Below are positions 28,379 to 36,884 of a DNA stretch of 64,000 bases, one piece after another; position 1 is the stretch's first letter, and each line of letters begins with the position of its first letter. The notes under the pieces are model-generated. The model saw only the letters and a program-made list of their open reading frames with translations. It had not been told where the DNA came from and made no database searches. The position numbers and the translations under genes were made by a program. Origin of the DNA: a virus. Lineage: Duplodnaviria; Heunggongvirae; Uroviricota; Caudoviricetes. The stretch lies in IMG/VR virus record IMGVR_UViG_2675903313_000009, one strand, 5' to 3'.

Positions 28379-29452
28379 ATGGCAAAAGGAAAATCCGCAC
28401 TGGCACTTGCTCTGAAAAAGAAAATCGGTAGCAACGACGAAATTCAGAAAGTAACTCATTGGATTGATACAGGCTTTCCACCGTTAAACAAAGCTATTTC
28501 TGGTCGTTACGATGGCGGCTTCCCATGTGGTCGTATCGTCGAAGTATTCGGTCCTCCAAGTGCAGGGAAAACGTTCCTTGCAACAGCAGCGATGATCTCC
28601 GCTCAAAAACAAGATGGTCTGGCGGTATTCCTCGATCATGAAAACAGTTTTGACGTTGGCCTGGCTGTAGCCAATGGCCTGAACGCAGATGAGGATGACG
28701 GTCAGTGGGTATACAAGCAGCCTGACACCTTCGAAGACTCTGTAGAGTTGATCGGCACAATACTTAAATTGGTACGTGATGAAGAGCTTATCCCTGAATC
28801 AGCACCTATCTGTATCGTGGCTGACTCACTTGCGTCTATGGTTCCGAACTCCAAAGCCGAGAAGTTCGAAAAGATGGCTGAAGGCACTGCCAAAGACAAA
28901 GATCAGCTAAACATGAACGACAATACGGCACTGGCTCGTGCGACAAGTGCGAACTTCCCTACTCTGGCTTTGTGGGCACGCAAATACAACGCCTGCATCA
29001 TCTTCTTGAATCAGGTTCGCACAAAAATCGGTGTAATGTTTGGCGACCCTACTACGTCGCCAGGTGGAGATTCACCGAAGTTCTACGCTTCTGTACGTAT
29101 CCGTCTTGGTGCATCGGTGATGAAGGATGGTAAAGAGAAGATCGGCCAGGACGTAGGCGCAGAATGCATCAAAAACAAAGTTGCACCACCGTATGGCAAA
29201 TGCACCTGGAAATTCTACTTCGATCCTACTCGTGGCCTCGACGTTATCGAATCGCTCGTCGAGTACATGCTGGAAGAAGGATACCTGCCAAAGAACGCCA
29301 GCGGGCGAGTTGAAATTGGTGACAAGAAATACACCAAATCGCAGATCGTCGAGATGTATCGGGAGAAGCCACTGGCTGAAATCATTGCGGCTTTGCAGGC
29401 AATCGACGACCGAAGAGCAAAAGACAACCCCACCGAGTCAGTAGAAGAGTAA
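28379..29452 (+). CDS. RecA-like recombinase
   Basis: GRIVEVFGPPSAGKT Walker A, FLNQVRTKIGVMFGDPTTSPGGDSPKFYASVRIRLG and KNKVAPPY parallel E. coli RecA. Confidence 0.9.
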   Translation: MAKGKSALALALKKKIGSNDEIQKVTHWIDTGFPPLNKAISGRYDGGFPCGRIVEVFGPPSAGKTFLATAAMISAQKQDGLAVFLDHENSFDVGLAVANGLNADEDDGQWVYKQPDTFEDSVELIGTILKLVRDEELIPESAPICIVADSLASMVPNSKAEKFEKMAEGTAKDKDQLNMNDNTALARATSANFPTLALWARKYNACIIFLNQVRTKIGVMFGDPTTSPGGDSPKFYASVRIRLGASVMKDGKEKIGQDVGAECIKNKVAPPYGKCTWKFYFDPTRGLDVIESLVEYMLEEGYLPKNASGRVEIGDKKYTKSQIVEMYREKPLAEIIAALQAIDDRRAKDNPTESVEE

Positions 29453-29456
29453 ACAC

Positions 29457-29482
29457 AAGGCGTCCACAGGACGCCTTTTTTA
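29457..29482 (+). terminator. rho-independent terminator
   Basis: stem aaggcgtcc/ggacgcctt followed by T6. Confidence 0.75.
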
Positions 29483-29544
29483 TCTCTTGAAAATATATAA
29501 GTACTTACTTATTATTTTCGCATAACAACCACATAGGAAAACAC

Positions 29545-29745
29545 ATGATCAAAATCTATCTATTGGCAGTAGCCACAGGCGTTTCAGTGGCTCTCATCTA
29601 CGGTTTACTGGTTCCGTCGCTGATTTCTACCAAGAGTGATTTAGCCGTCATGTTTGGAGTTATCGTTGGTTTTGGTGCTCCTGTAATCGGTCTTATTGCT
29701 GGTCGTAAGTTTATCAACTCATTAATCAAAGCAAAGGGGAAATAA
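29545..29745 (+). CDS. small two-TM membrane protein (partner of SPFH lipoprotein)
   Basis: 66 aa, two hydrophobic helices; sigma70-like promoter TTGAAA-N17-TATTAT upstream. Confidence 0.55.
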   Translation: MIKIYLLAVATGVSVALIYGLLVPSLISTKSDLAVMFGVIVGFGAPVIGLIAGRKFINSLIKAKGK

Positions 29746-29748
29746 GTA

Positions 29749-30579
29749 ATGAAGAAAGGTTTACTTGCAGTTGCTCTGGCGGCTATTTGCACAATGGGTC
29801 TTACTGGCTGTGATCGCGTGGAGCCTGGATACGTTGGCATCAAAGTAAACAAATTAGGTGAAGACAAAGGGATCGGTGAAGTGGTTGGCGTTGGTCGCCA
29901 ATGGACAGGTCTTAACACCGAACTTTACGTATTCCCGACCTTCAAACAAATGAAGACCTACGACGAGCCGTTCACATTCCAGATGAGTGACGGTACTGCT
30001 ATTGGTCACAAAATTGGCGTTGCGTATCTGGTTAATCGTGACAAGGTAACGACGGTGTTCCAGACCTATCGCAAAGGCGTAGACGATATCACCGAATCAG
30101 ATCTGCGTCAGAAAATTGCCGACTCTCTAAACCGTTTGGCCAGCCGTATGACCACTGACTCATTTATCGACGGTGGTAAGGCGCAATTGCTGGACAACGC
30201 ACTGAAAGACATTCAGAAAGAGATGTCTCCGGTTGGTATTGAGGTACTGAGCCTGTCATGGGTTGGAAAGCCTGATTACCCAAAAACCGTCATTGAATCT
30301 ATCAACGCCAAAGTAACGGCTAACCAGCGTACTCTGCAACGCCAGCAGGAAGTTGAACAGCGTAAAGCTGAGGCGAATATGCTACGTGAACAGGCTAATG
30401 GTGAAGCTGATGCTATCCGTGCTCGTGCGCAAGCAGAAGCAGACGCCATTCGTCTGCGCGGTGAAGCTCTGCGTCAAAACCCGAACGTTATGGAGCTGGA
30501 AGCCATCAATAAATGGAATGGCCAGTTACCGCAGTACATGACTCAAGGGGCTAACACTCCTTTCATTACAGTGAAATAA
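29749..30579 (+). CDS. SPFH/band-7-like lipoprotein
   Basis: lipobox LTGC; central domain then Ala/Glu/Arg-rich coiled-coil tail (QRKAEANMLREQANGEADAIRARAQAEADAIRLRGEA) typical of the band-7 family. Confidence 0.6.
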   Translation: MKKGLLAVALAAICTMGLTGCDRVEPGYVGIKVNKLGEDKGIGEVVGVGRQWTGLNTELYVFPTFKQMKTYDEPFTFQMSDGTAIGHKIGVAYLVNRDKVTTVFQTYRKGVDDITESDLRQKIADSLNRLASRMTTDSFIDGGKAQLLDNALKDIQKEMSPVGIEVLSLSWVGKPDYPKTVIESINAKVTANQRTLQRQQEVEQRKAEANMLREQANGEADAIRARAQAEADAIRLRGEALRQNPNVMELEAINKWNGQLPQYMTQGANTPFITVK

Positions 30580-30594
30580 CTCCCCTTAAAAGTT

Positions 30595-30622
30595 CAGGCG
30601 TCCAGTTGGACGCCTTTTTTAT
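30595..30622 (+). terminator. rho-independent terminator
   Basis: stem caggcgtcc/ggacgcctt followed by T6. Confidence 0.75.
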
Positions 30623-30641
30623 CGCAATTATCTTATTAAGA

Positions 30642-30654
30642 AAACAATTTGTTT
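30642..30654. promoter_or_regulatory. O1 dyad motif (candidate operator)
   Basis: aagaaaacaatttgtttaaaa about 17 bp upstream of the ATG at 30671. Confidence 0.45.
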
Positions 30655-30670
30655 AAAAGGATAAGAAAAC

Positions 30671-31096
30671 ATGACAGTTATTAAGAAACTCTACGATGCC
30701 GCAAACGTGGCTCTGGATGTTATTGATGATGAAGTAGCAAAAGGCTTTCCTGAACCTGATTGGGCGCATCAGCTACGAAACGCTATCGCAGAAATGACCC
30801 CACCAGATCCAACCCCCGACGAGACAGACTGGCAGCGATTCATCCGTATGTACGCTCAGGAAATAGGTCCAACGCCAACGGCAGAGCAGGCAATGCTGCT
30901 GAAATACTTCAAAGAGGCGGGAGAGGATTTACCAATTGATGACTCAGCATATTGGTTCCACTGCGCATGGCGTAAGTATGACGTGATATTCACACAAGGC
31001 ATGGGAAGCAAAGATATGGTTGTGTGGCATCTACTCCATATAGACACAGCCGTTGACAGAGTTATTGAACAGTTTTTCCCTAACCAAGAAGATTGA
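30671..31096 (+). CDS. hypothetical protein
   Basis: 141-codon ORF downstream of an O1 motif. Confidence 0.5.
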   Translation: MTVIKKLYDAANVALDVIDDEVAKGFPEPDWAHQLRNAIAEMTPPDPTPDETDWQRFIRMYAQEIGPTPTAEQAMLLKYFKEAGEDLPIDDSAYWFHCAWRKYDVIFTQGMGSKDMVVWHLLHIDTAVDRVIEQFFPNQED

Positions 31097-31151
31097 TCGC
31101 CTATTCATAACTAACAAAATAAGTAAACACTAACCACAAAAGGAAAAACAC

Positions 31152-31427
31152 ATGAGAGTTTTAGTTCGAATCGTTACCAGCACTGTCTATGACGTGTTTC
31201 CGCTTTTTATGGTCAAAGTCGATGGCCTTAACGATGAAGAAACTGACGCGCTGATCCAGCGTACTCTTGTTGAATATACAGGTCATGACGCTGATTCAGT
31301 GATGGTTGATGATGATGGTGTTTGTTGGCATAACGGCAACTGTTGGTACGTAGAAGAGACTCAACAAATCAGTAATGAAGATGCTGAACATCTTGAGCGT
31401 ATTTTAAGCATCAGCACTTTTGAGTGA
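31152..31427 (+). CDS. hypothetical protein
   Basis: 91 aa; conserved start context aaaggaaaaacacATG. Confidence 0.5.
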   Translation: MRVLVRIVTSTVYDVFPLFMVKVDGLNDEETDALIQRTLVEYTGHDADSVMVDDDGVCWHNGNCWYVEETQQISNEDAEHLERILSISTFE

Positions 31428-31466
31428 GTTTACAGTAAAGTTTATATAAGTTAGTATCTACCTATC

Positions 31467-31646
31467 ATGAAGATTTTTATTGAATACTTGTTACTCATCG
31501 TTTCAATAGCTTTTGTCATCGACTGCATTTTCACTGGTGTCATTCGTAAAGTCTTTTCCCCGGTGCACGACGTAGTCATAAACGCTTTGGCTATCGTGCT
31601 CGTATTTAATTCAGCATTTGATGTAATCAAAGAGGTGGCAGCATGA
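31467..31646 (+). CDS. small membrane protein
   Basis: 59 aa hydrophobic ORF; stop overlaps the next ATG (ATGA). Confidence 0.4.
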   Translation: MKIFIEYLLLIVSIAFVIDCIFTGVIRKVFSPVHDVVINALAIVLVFNSAFDVIKEVAA

Positions 31647-31978
31647 AGACCATCCCATTCGCGCTGTTGTTTCTTTCTTCGATCGTTGTGGCCGACACCA
31701 CTGTTTATCAGTGTGAAATGTCTGTAGCCGACGTTAAGAATGGCGCTCTTACCGACGTCATAAAAGCACCATATGGAGCGATGGTCGTAGACAGCGGCGA
31801 CCAGTTCTATATTGTGCGTGACGATCGAGTGTTGTCATCCCCATATCTCACAAATCGTAATGGCAAATTAACCGGCGTCGGAGAAGACCACTTCGTATAC
31901 AACAAATACAAGGGCTTTTATGGCGTTCACGCTTCTCAGCAAAGCTACCTTTTCGATGACTGCAAGGAGGTTGGGTAA
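31643..31978 (+). CDS. secreted hypothetical protein
   Basis: N-terminal signal peptide MKTIPFALLFLSSIVVA. Confidence 0.5.
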   Translation: MKTIPFALLFLSSIVVADTTVYQCEMSVADVKNGALTDVIKAPYGAMVVDSGDQFYIVRDDRVLSSPYLTNRNGKLTGVGEDHFVYNKYKGFYGVHASQQSYLFDDCKEVG

Positions 31979-32190
31979 TGGCATTAACACTGGCAGGTCT
32001 GGAAATCGAGAAAACAAGCGGCTACTGGCGTGCTAAGGGTTTCAAGCAGCCTGGCATTCTTGAGCGTCTGGAACGTGAAGATGGGTATATCGTCCACCAG
32101 CGGCGTGAATGGCGTATGTACGATCCAGAAACAGGAAAACTGACTACAAAAGCCGGAACACTTTGGGGTCTGTTAAAGAAAATACACTAA
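31978..32190 (+). CDS. hypothetical small protein
   Basis: 70 aa ORF, start overlaps the previous stop. Confidence 0.4.
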   Translation: MALTLAGLEIEKTSGYWRAKGFKQPGILERLEREDGYIVHQRREWRMYDPETGKLTTKAGTLWGLLKKIH

Positions 32191-32237
32191 ATGCAAACTG
32201 ACTGCGGCTCGTTCCGCAGTCATATTTCATAGTCGTC

Positions 32238-32770
32238 ACCGCTGACAGCATACACAATCAACTACCGCTGATAGCATATCGAGAGTCTATATCACCGCTC
32301 ACAGCATACTTTACTCGATTTTTTACCGCTGGCAGCATACTTAAGACATTGCATGAATAATGTGTACCGGTATGGGTATAACCAGAACAAAATTACCGCT
32401 GGCAGCATACGAAGGTCTGACATATACCATTAATTACCGCTGATAGCATATCCAAACAAAAATTCCTCAATAAAACACCGCTGACAGCATACGTTCTATC
32501 AGGGAGCAGCAGGCAATAAATGCCTTTCACTACAAGCAATCAGCGCAATAGCAATAGAATGTTAGTGAGCGCAAACCTATATGGAATGCACTCTTCGAGG
32601 TTAGTAACCACTGGGGAGGTATGACAGAGCATTGAGTGGTGATAGATGATTTACCGCTCACAGCATACGTTTATCTCACTATACCGCTGGTAGCATATCT
32701 TTAACCGTTCACAGCATACTTTTCAGAAAAATAGCCGCTGATAGCATACATTTCACCGCTGACAGCATAT
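32238..32770 (+). repeat. iteron array downstream of repA (incA-like copy-control locus), 12 copies
   Basis: 16-bp direct repeats ACCGCT(G/C)NYAGCATAY at 32238, 32264, 32294, 32325, 32395, 32436, 32477, 32653, 32683, 32704, 32734, 32755. Confidence 0.8.
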
Positions 32771-33864
32771 CAAAGCAGTTTGAGACTATTGGAAAGGATC
32801 TCAATCATCTTGATATTTTCAGGCGTCAAATTCTGCGAAAGTTCGGTTATCTTGTTGATAATGTTCTGTTTGGCATCAATTTCCCCAGCTTTCTCATCTG
32901 GTTTTTTGGGTTCGATGTCTTCAGGTTTTGGCGGTGCGACTTTGAGTTTTGGATTGCGGCTGTGAATCTGGATATAGATCGACCGCCCTCGCTTAATCTC
33001 GCTGTATTCGAGATAGCCCAAATCTTGGAGAGCTTTTAAGCCGTTACGTATAGTCTGATTCTGCGAGCTGACATTCCTGCTACTCAAATTGAGTCGCGCA
33101 CGTAATCGAGCAAGCGATACCGGCGCAGGCTTGGTTGGAAGACTTTCGATGAAGGTGTACAGAGCCTGTGCTGTTTCTTTGCGTGGTAGCTTATTGATAA
33201 CCTTTAACTGCAAAAGAACCTTATGGTCAAAGCGATATAGTTCGGCCAGCTTCGGTTCTGCATAGAACACCACCGTATCTTTCTGCTCGTTGTAGTCCAC
33301 GCTATTGATGAGGTGCACCATCAGAAGCGAGATCTTGTTAGAGCCGTCGACATTCTTTTCTTCATACGTTCTCTGAAAAGACAGAGTTGTACGCATGATC
33401 TTCAAAAGACTGTTTGTAAGCCGGTCGCGGAGTGTTTTGCGGATCTGTGACGATGGATAGCCACAAAACTTCGCAAATTTCGTGATGCTTAACTCGACAC
33501 GACCGTTAGGTTCGCCGTATTCTGCCAGCGAACGCACAACGCCCACCCACGTTTTGAAATCATGATCCATGTCGAGACGAGGACCGGTTATCTTGATATC
33601 GGAATAACCTTCAGAACGGGCTACTTCGAGCTGAACAAGCTCCTTTGAAGCATCGATCTCATTTGGCTTATTACGCTTGCTGTATTTTGTCCCCTTGAGC
33701 GTGGGCACGAACAACCCCAGCCGCATCAACGCAATTGGTTGGACTGTATTGTTGCTATTAGGGACAAGTTCCCCTGTGTACAATTCAAGGGAACCTTCTT
33801 CAAAGTTGTCGAGATTATCTTCTACTTCTTTGTTATTTTTACCTTTTTTATTTTTTGTGGACAT
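32770..33864 (-). CDS. repA: iteron-binding replication initiator (RepA/Rep3-like)
   Basis: 364 aa basic protein flanked on both sides by iterons; ATG at 33864 preceded by aaagg; ORF open to 33984. Confidence 0.7.
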   Translation of the reverse strand: MSTKNKKGKNNKEVEDNLDNFEEGSLELYTGELVPNSNNTVQPIALMRLGLFVPTLKGTKYSKRNKPNEIDASKELVQLEVARSEGYSDIKITGPRLDMDHDFKTWVGVVRSLAEYGEPNGRVELSITKFAKFCGYPSSQIRKTLRDRLTNSLLKIMRTTLSFQRTYEEKNVDGSNKISLLMVHLINSVDYNEQKDTVVFYAEPKLAELYRFDHKVLLQLKVINKLPRKETAQALYTFIESLPTKPAPVSLARLRARLNLSSRNVSSQNQTIRNGLKALQDLGYLEYSEIKRGRSIYIQIHSRNPKLKVAPPKPEDIEPKKPDEKAGEIDAKQNIINKITELSQNLTPENIKMIEILSNSLKLL

Positions 33865-33884
33865 GTGGACACCTTTGTCATTCA

Positions 33885-33986
33885 ACCGCTGACAGCATAC
33901 TTGATTTGCCGCTGGCAGCATACCAAAAACAGTTGGCAGCATACGGCGAACCGTTGACAGACTATCAATTACCGCTGGTAGCATAC
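33885..33986. repeat. origin-proximal iterons (incC-like), 3 intact plus 2 degenerate
   Basis: accgctgacagcatac, gccgctggcagcatac, accgctggtagcatac plus partial copies, immediately upstream of repA. Confidence 0.75.
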
Positions 33987-34025
33987 ATGAACATGGCTTC
34001 AGACCAGTCGTGGCGCGGCTTACAG

Positions 34026-34099
34026 CGATCGGGGATCTTATTTGATCTATACAAGGATCTATCTATGGATCTCTTTATTAGGATCTATCCTGTGGATAT
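34026..34099. promoter_or_regulatory. GATC cluster plus DnaA-box-like site (plasmid origin core)
   Basis: six GATC sites within 60 bp (repeated GGATCT units) followed by TGTGGATAT. Confidence 0.6.
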
Positions 34100-34185
34100 G
34101 TGAATAATTAAAACAGGCATTTACTACCTTCGGCGCACCTGGTGGGTTATCGTTGCCTCGGCTAACAATCACAGAAAAATGACAT

Positions 34186-34839
34186 ATGGATCTAAAACGC
34201 ACGCGCTGGGTTCGTCGTCTTGAAGACGGCTCCTACACTATCGAATCAAATTCCAACCTGAATAAGCAGAAGTTGCTTTGTGACATCTGCGGTATAGCGG
34301 CGAAGTGCCCGATCTACGAAACCAGAATTAAACTTGATAAGGCTGGTGTGAATTTTCATTTAAACAGTTGCATCAGGTACGTTCCATTGCTCGCATTTCG
34401 TAAACCGATCATCGGATTGGATGCCCCCTACTTCAACACACTCCGTTCAGGTGTGACGTGGCGAGATCGTTTATCACCAGACAAGCTGATTTGCCTTGTA
34501 TCCGCAGACACAGGGAAAATCATCCGTTTTGGGAAAGTAGACAAGGTTTACTCAGGTCCAGTAGACGAAATGTTGCGAAAACACAGCCGGTTTAATCATC
34601 TCTGTATGGGGGGTGAGAAAATCGAGAAGGTAGAAGAAGTGATCCGCAAATCCTACGGACACTTCCTAACCAAAGATAGCCTGCTCACCGCAATCTACAT
34701 CAGACATGTAAAACGTGAGTTCGACCTCGAATACCACAGTGAAGAAGAGCTTAACCTTGTTGACCCACGTCCAAAAGCTGGCGTCATAAGCATAAACGCA
34801 GCGCGTAACGCGCGTAAAAAGCCCTCCGACACGATTTAA
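34186..34839 (+). CDS. hypothetical protein
   Basis: 217-codon ORF next to the origin; no recognisable motif. Confidence 0.5.
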   Translation: MDLKRTRWVRRLEDGSYTIESNSNLNKQKLLCDICGIAAKCPIYETRIKLDKAGVNFHLNSCIRYVPLLAFRKPIIGLDAPYFNTLRSGVTWRDRLSPDKLICLVSADTGKIIRFGKVDKVYSGPVDEMLRKHSRFNHLCMGGEKIEKVEEVIRKSYGHFLTKDSLLTAIYIRHVKREFDLEYHSEEELNLVDPRPKAGVISINAARNARKKPSDTI

Positions 34840-34986
34840 ATGGTTTAGTAGGCCCATCCACAAACAAAAAAAGAGCGCTCGTTACATAGGCGCTCATTGG
34901 CTTTTAGAACTTTTCCTGTTTAAAATTTACTCATCCAAGTAATGGTAATCCTTTAAGAGACAAACCCTCAAAACTAATACAACTAT

Positions 34987-35244
34987 TTAAATAAGTTTTC
35001 TATCCACAAATAGTTGTCGAATTTTATTAAATTCATCGGAGGGTAAATCTTTAATTTTTTCTGAACATGCTCCTGCAAATGTGATCAATTTGGCTTTTTG
35101 CATATGGTCAAATTTATTTTCTACATTTCCACCTCGAGGAGCGTATTTCACTTCATCATCTTTTATTTCTAGAACGACCCGTTCTTGATTCGTATGGGTC
35201 TTGTACAATCCACCAACAACAATATTTCTTTCATCAATAGCCAT
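34987..35244 (-). CDS. hypothetical small protein (AT-rich, opposite strand)
   Basis: 85 aa ORF on the minus strand in an AT-rich stretch. Confidence 0.4.
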   Translation of the reverse strand: MAIDERNIVVGGLYKTHTNQERVVLEIKDDEVKYAPRGGNVENKFDHMQKAKLITFAGACSEKIKDLPSDEFNKIRQLFVDRKLI

Positions 35245-35565
35245 TGATAATCAATCCTTTTTCAATTTGGAAAATTCCTCTTATACGGTAATTGTTGATA
35301 ATAAAAATATCAAATGATACATGACCCATGAGATAGTTCATTCATATGTAACGATGAGACTTTTGCCTACCATATACATCTAAGCACTTCAATGAAACTC
35401 TAGCCGCCTTGTAAGCAATCCATTCAACAATTTTGGTAGGTATTCACTTACCTATTTATTTTGTAATACTATGCCTGTTGATGTTCTTCTGTGCCGTGCT
35501 GTGTTGGTTGCTCACCTCTCGAGCAAGCTTAAGATTTGTATCAAATAACCACAAAGGAAAAACAC

Positions 35566-36651
35566 ATGACTTTGCCATACGGCGTCATTTCTGACTGCCA
35601 CTACCACAAATGGGATGCGTTCTCCACGACGAACGCTGAGGGGCTTAACTCCAGACTTGAAATACAGTTGGAAGCAACGAAAGAAGCAGCCATCGCCATG
35701 AAGAAGGCCGGTTGTAAGTACATGTTGGTTGCCGGTGATACATTTCACGTCCGAGGAACTGTGTCCCCTTCTGTTTTGCATTACGTAACTGAAACGTACA
35801 AGTGGATTATCAACGAGCTTGATCTGACAGTAGTAATGCTGGCCGGTAATCACGATCTTGAAACCAACGATTCATTATATAGCGCCAACGCAGCAGCATC
35901 GCTGAGTTCTATCGGCGTGGTAATCGTATGTGGCAAGCGCCCACACTCAATAAAAATTGGTGATGTGACTGTCCACCTGATTAGCTGGCGTAACAATCAT
36001 GCAGAGCTTATCAGCGATCTGAAAGCATTACGTAAGAGCGTAGAAGGTGATAATCATGATGTTGTTATCCATACATCCATTAACAAAGCCATTCCAACAA
36101 TGCCTGACGTCGGTATCGATGCGCAGGAGTTAAAGGATATCGGCTTTCGTCTCGTGCTTAGTGGGCATTACCACAACCATAAAGAGGTCATTCCTGGAGT
36201 TATCAGTGTCGGTGCGCTGACCCATCAAAATTGGGGAGATGTTGGATCTCTGGCTGGTTACATGATCGTAAACCCGGACGGCAGTTTCAGTCACTACGAA
36301 ACCAGTGCGCCTAAATTCATTAACCTGGAAGATTATGTTGCCGATGACCAAATTCGCGGCAACTACGTGCGTTTCCGCGCCGTAATTGAGAACGATGAAG
36401 AAGGCATTAAGTACCAGAACATCCTCAAAACAATGGGTGCAAAAGGTGTCGTGTGCAACTTCATCCGTAAGTCATCAATGATGGAAGGGACAGCAAGCAC
36501 AACGGAAACCAGCAAAATCGATAGCCTGGGAGAGTCGGTATCTGCTTATTGCAAGATTGTCCACGATACTGACGGCGGATTTGATCTAAGCAAGTTGGAT
36601 ATTTTGTGTCAGGAAATCCTCACCGAAGCGGAGAGTTCGGAGGCTGTGTGA
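35566..36651 (+). CDS. Mre11/SbcD-like nuclease
   Basis: metallophosphatase motifs DCHYHKW, GDTFH, AGNHD, SGHYH; start context aaaggaaaaacacATG. Confidence 0.85.
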   Translation: MTLPYGVISDCHYHKWDAFSTTNAEGLNSRLEIQLEATKEAAIAMKKAGCKYMLVAGDTFHVRGTVSPSVLHYVTETYKWIINELDLTVVMLAGNHDLETNDSLYSANAAASLSSIGVVIVCGKRPHSIKIGDVTVHLISWRNNHAELISDLKALRKSVEGDNHDVVIHTSINKAIPTMPDVGIDAQELKDIGFRLVLSGHYHNHKEVIPGVISVGALTHQNWGDVGSLAGYMIVNPDGSFSHYETSAPKFINLEDYVADDQIRGNYVRFRAVIENDEEGIKYQNILKTMGAKGVVCNFIRKSSMMEGTASTTETSKIDSLGESVSAYCKIVHDTDGGFDLSKLDILCQEILTEAESSEAV

Positions 36652-36692
36652 GGCAAAGTCGTTATGGGAGCTTTCGAGACTTTGCCATCACG

Positions 36693-36884
36693 ATGAAAAG
36701 ACTTGAACGAGGCCAGACGGTGATGTTTCACAAGCCCTACCCGCCACAAGGAAATCCCGTAGCGTTTTATCTTGGAAGGTTAACCAGAAAAGGCGTATTG
36801 AGGCGCAGATCCTTCCCGGCGCATACGGAGTTCAGATTGAAAGAAGGTCAAAAGCTAACACACGGTATCAAAGGTGTTATATGA
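36693..36884 (+). CDS. hypothetical small basic protein (uncertain)
   Basis: ORF between sbcD-like and sbcC-like genes; start assignment uncertain. Confidence 0.3.
   Translation: MKRLERGQTVMFHKPYPPQGNPVAFYLGRLTRKGVLRRRSFPAHTEFRLKEGQKLTHGIKGVI

Noticed and set aside
32238-32770. Regularly repeated 16-bp units that could be mistaken for a CRISPR array
   Set aside because: Repeats are 16 bp with irregular, short and partly AT-rich spacing, flank a Rep-type initiator gene on both sides and lack any cas genes; an iteron array is the better fit.
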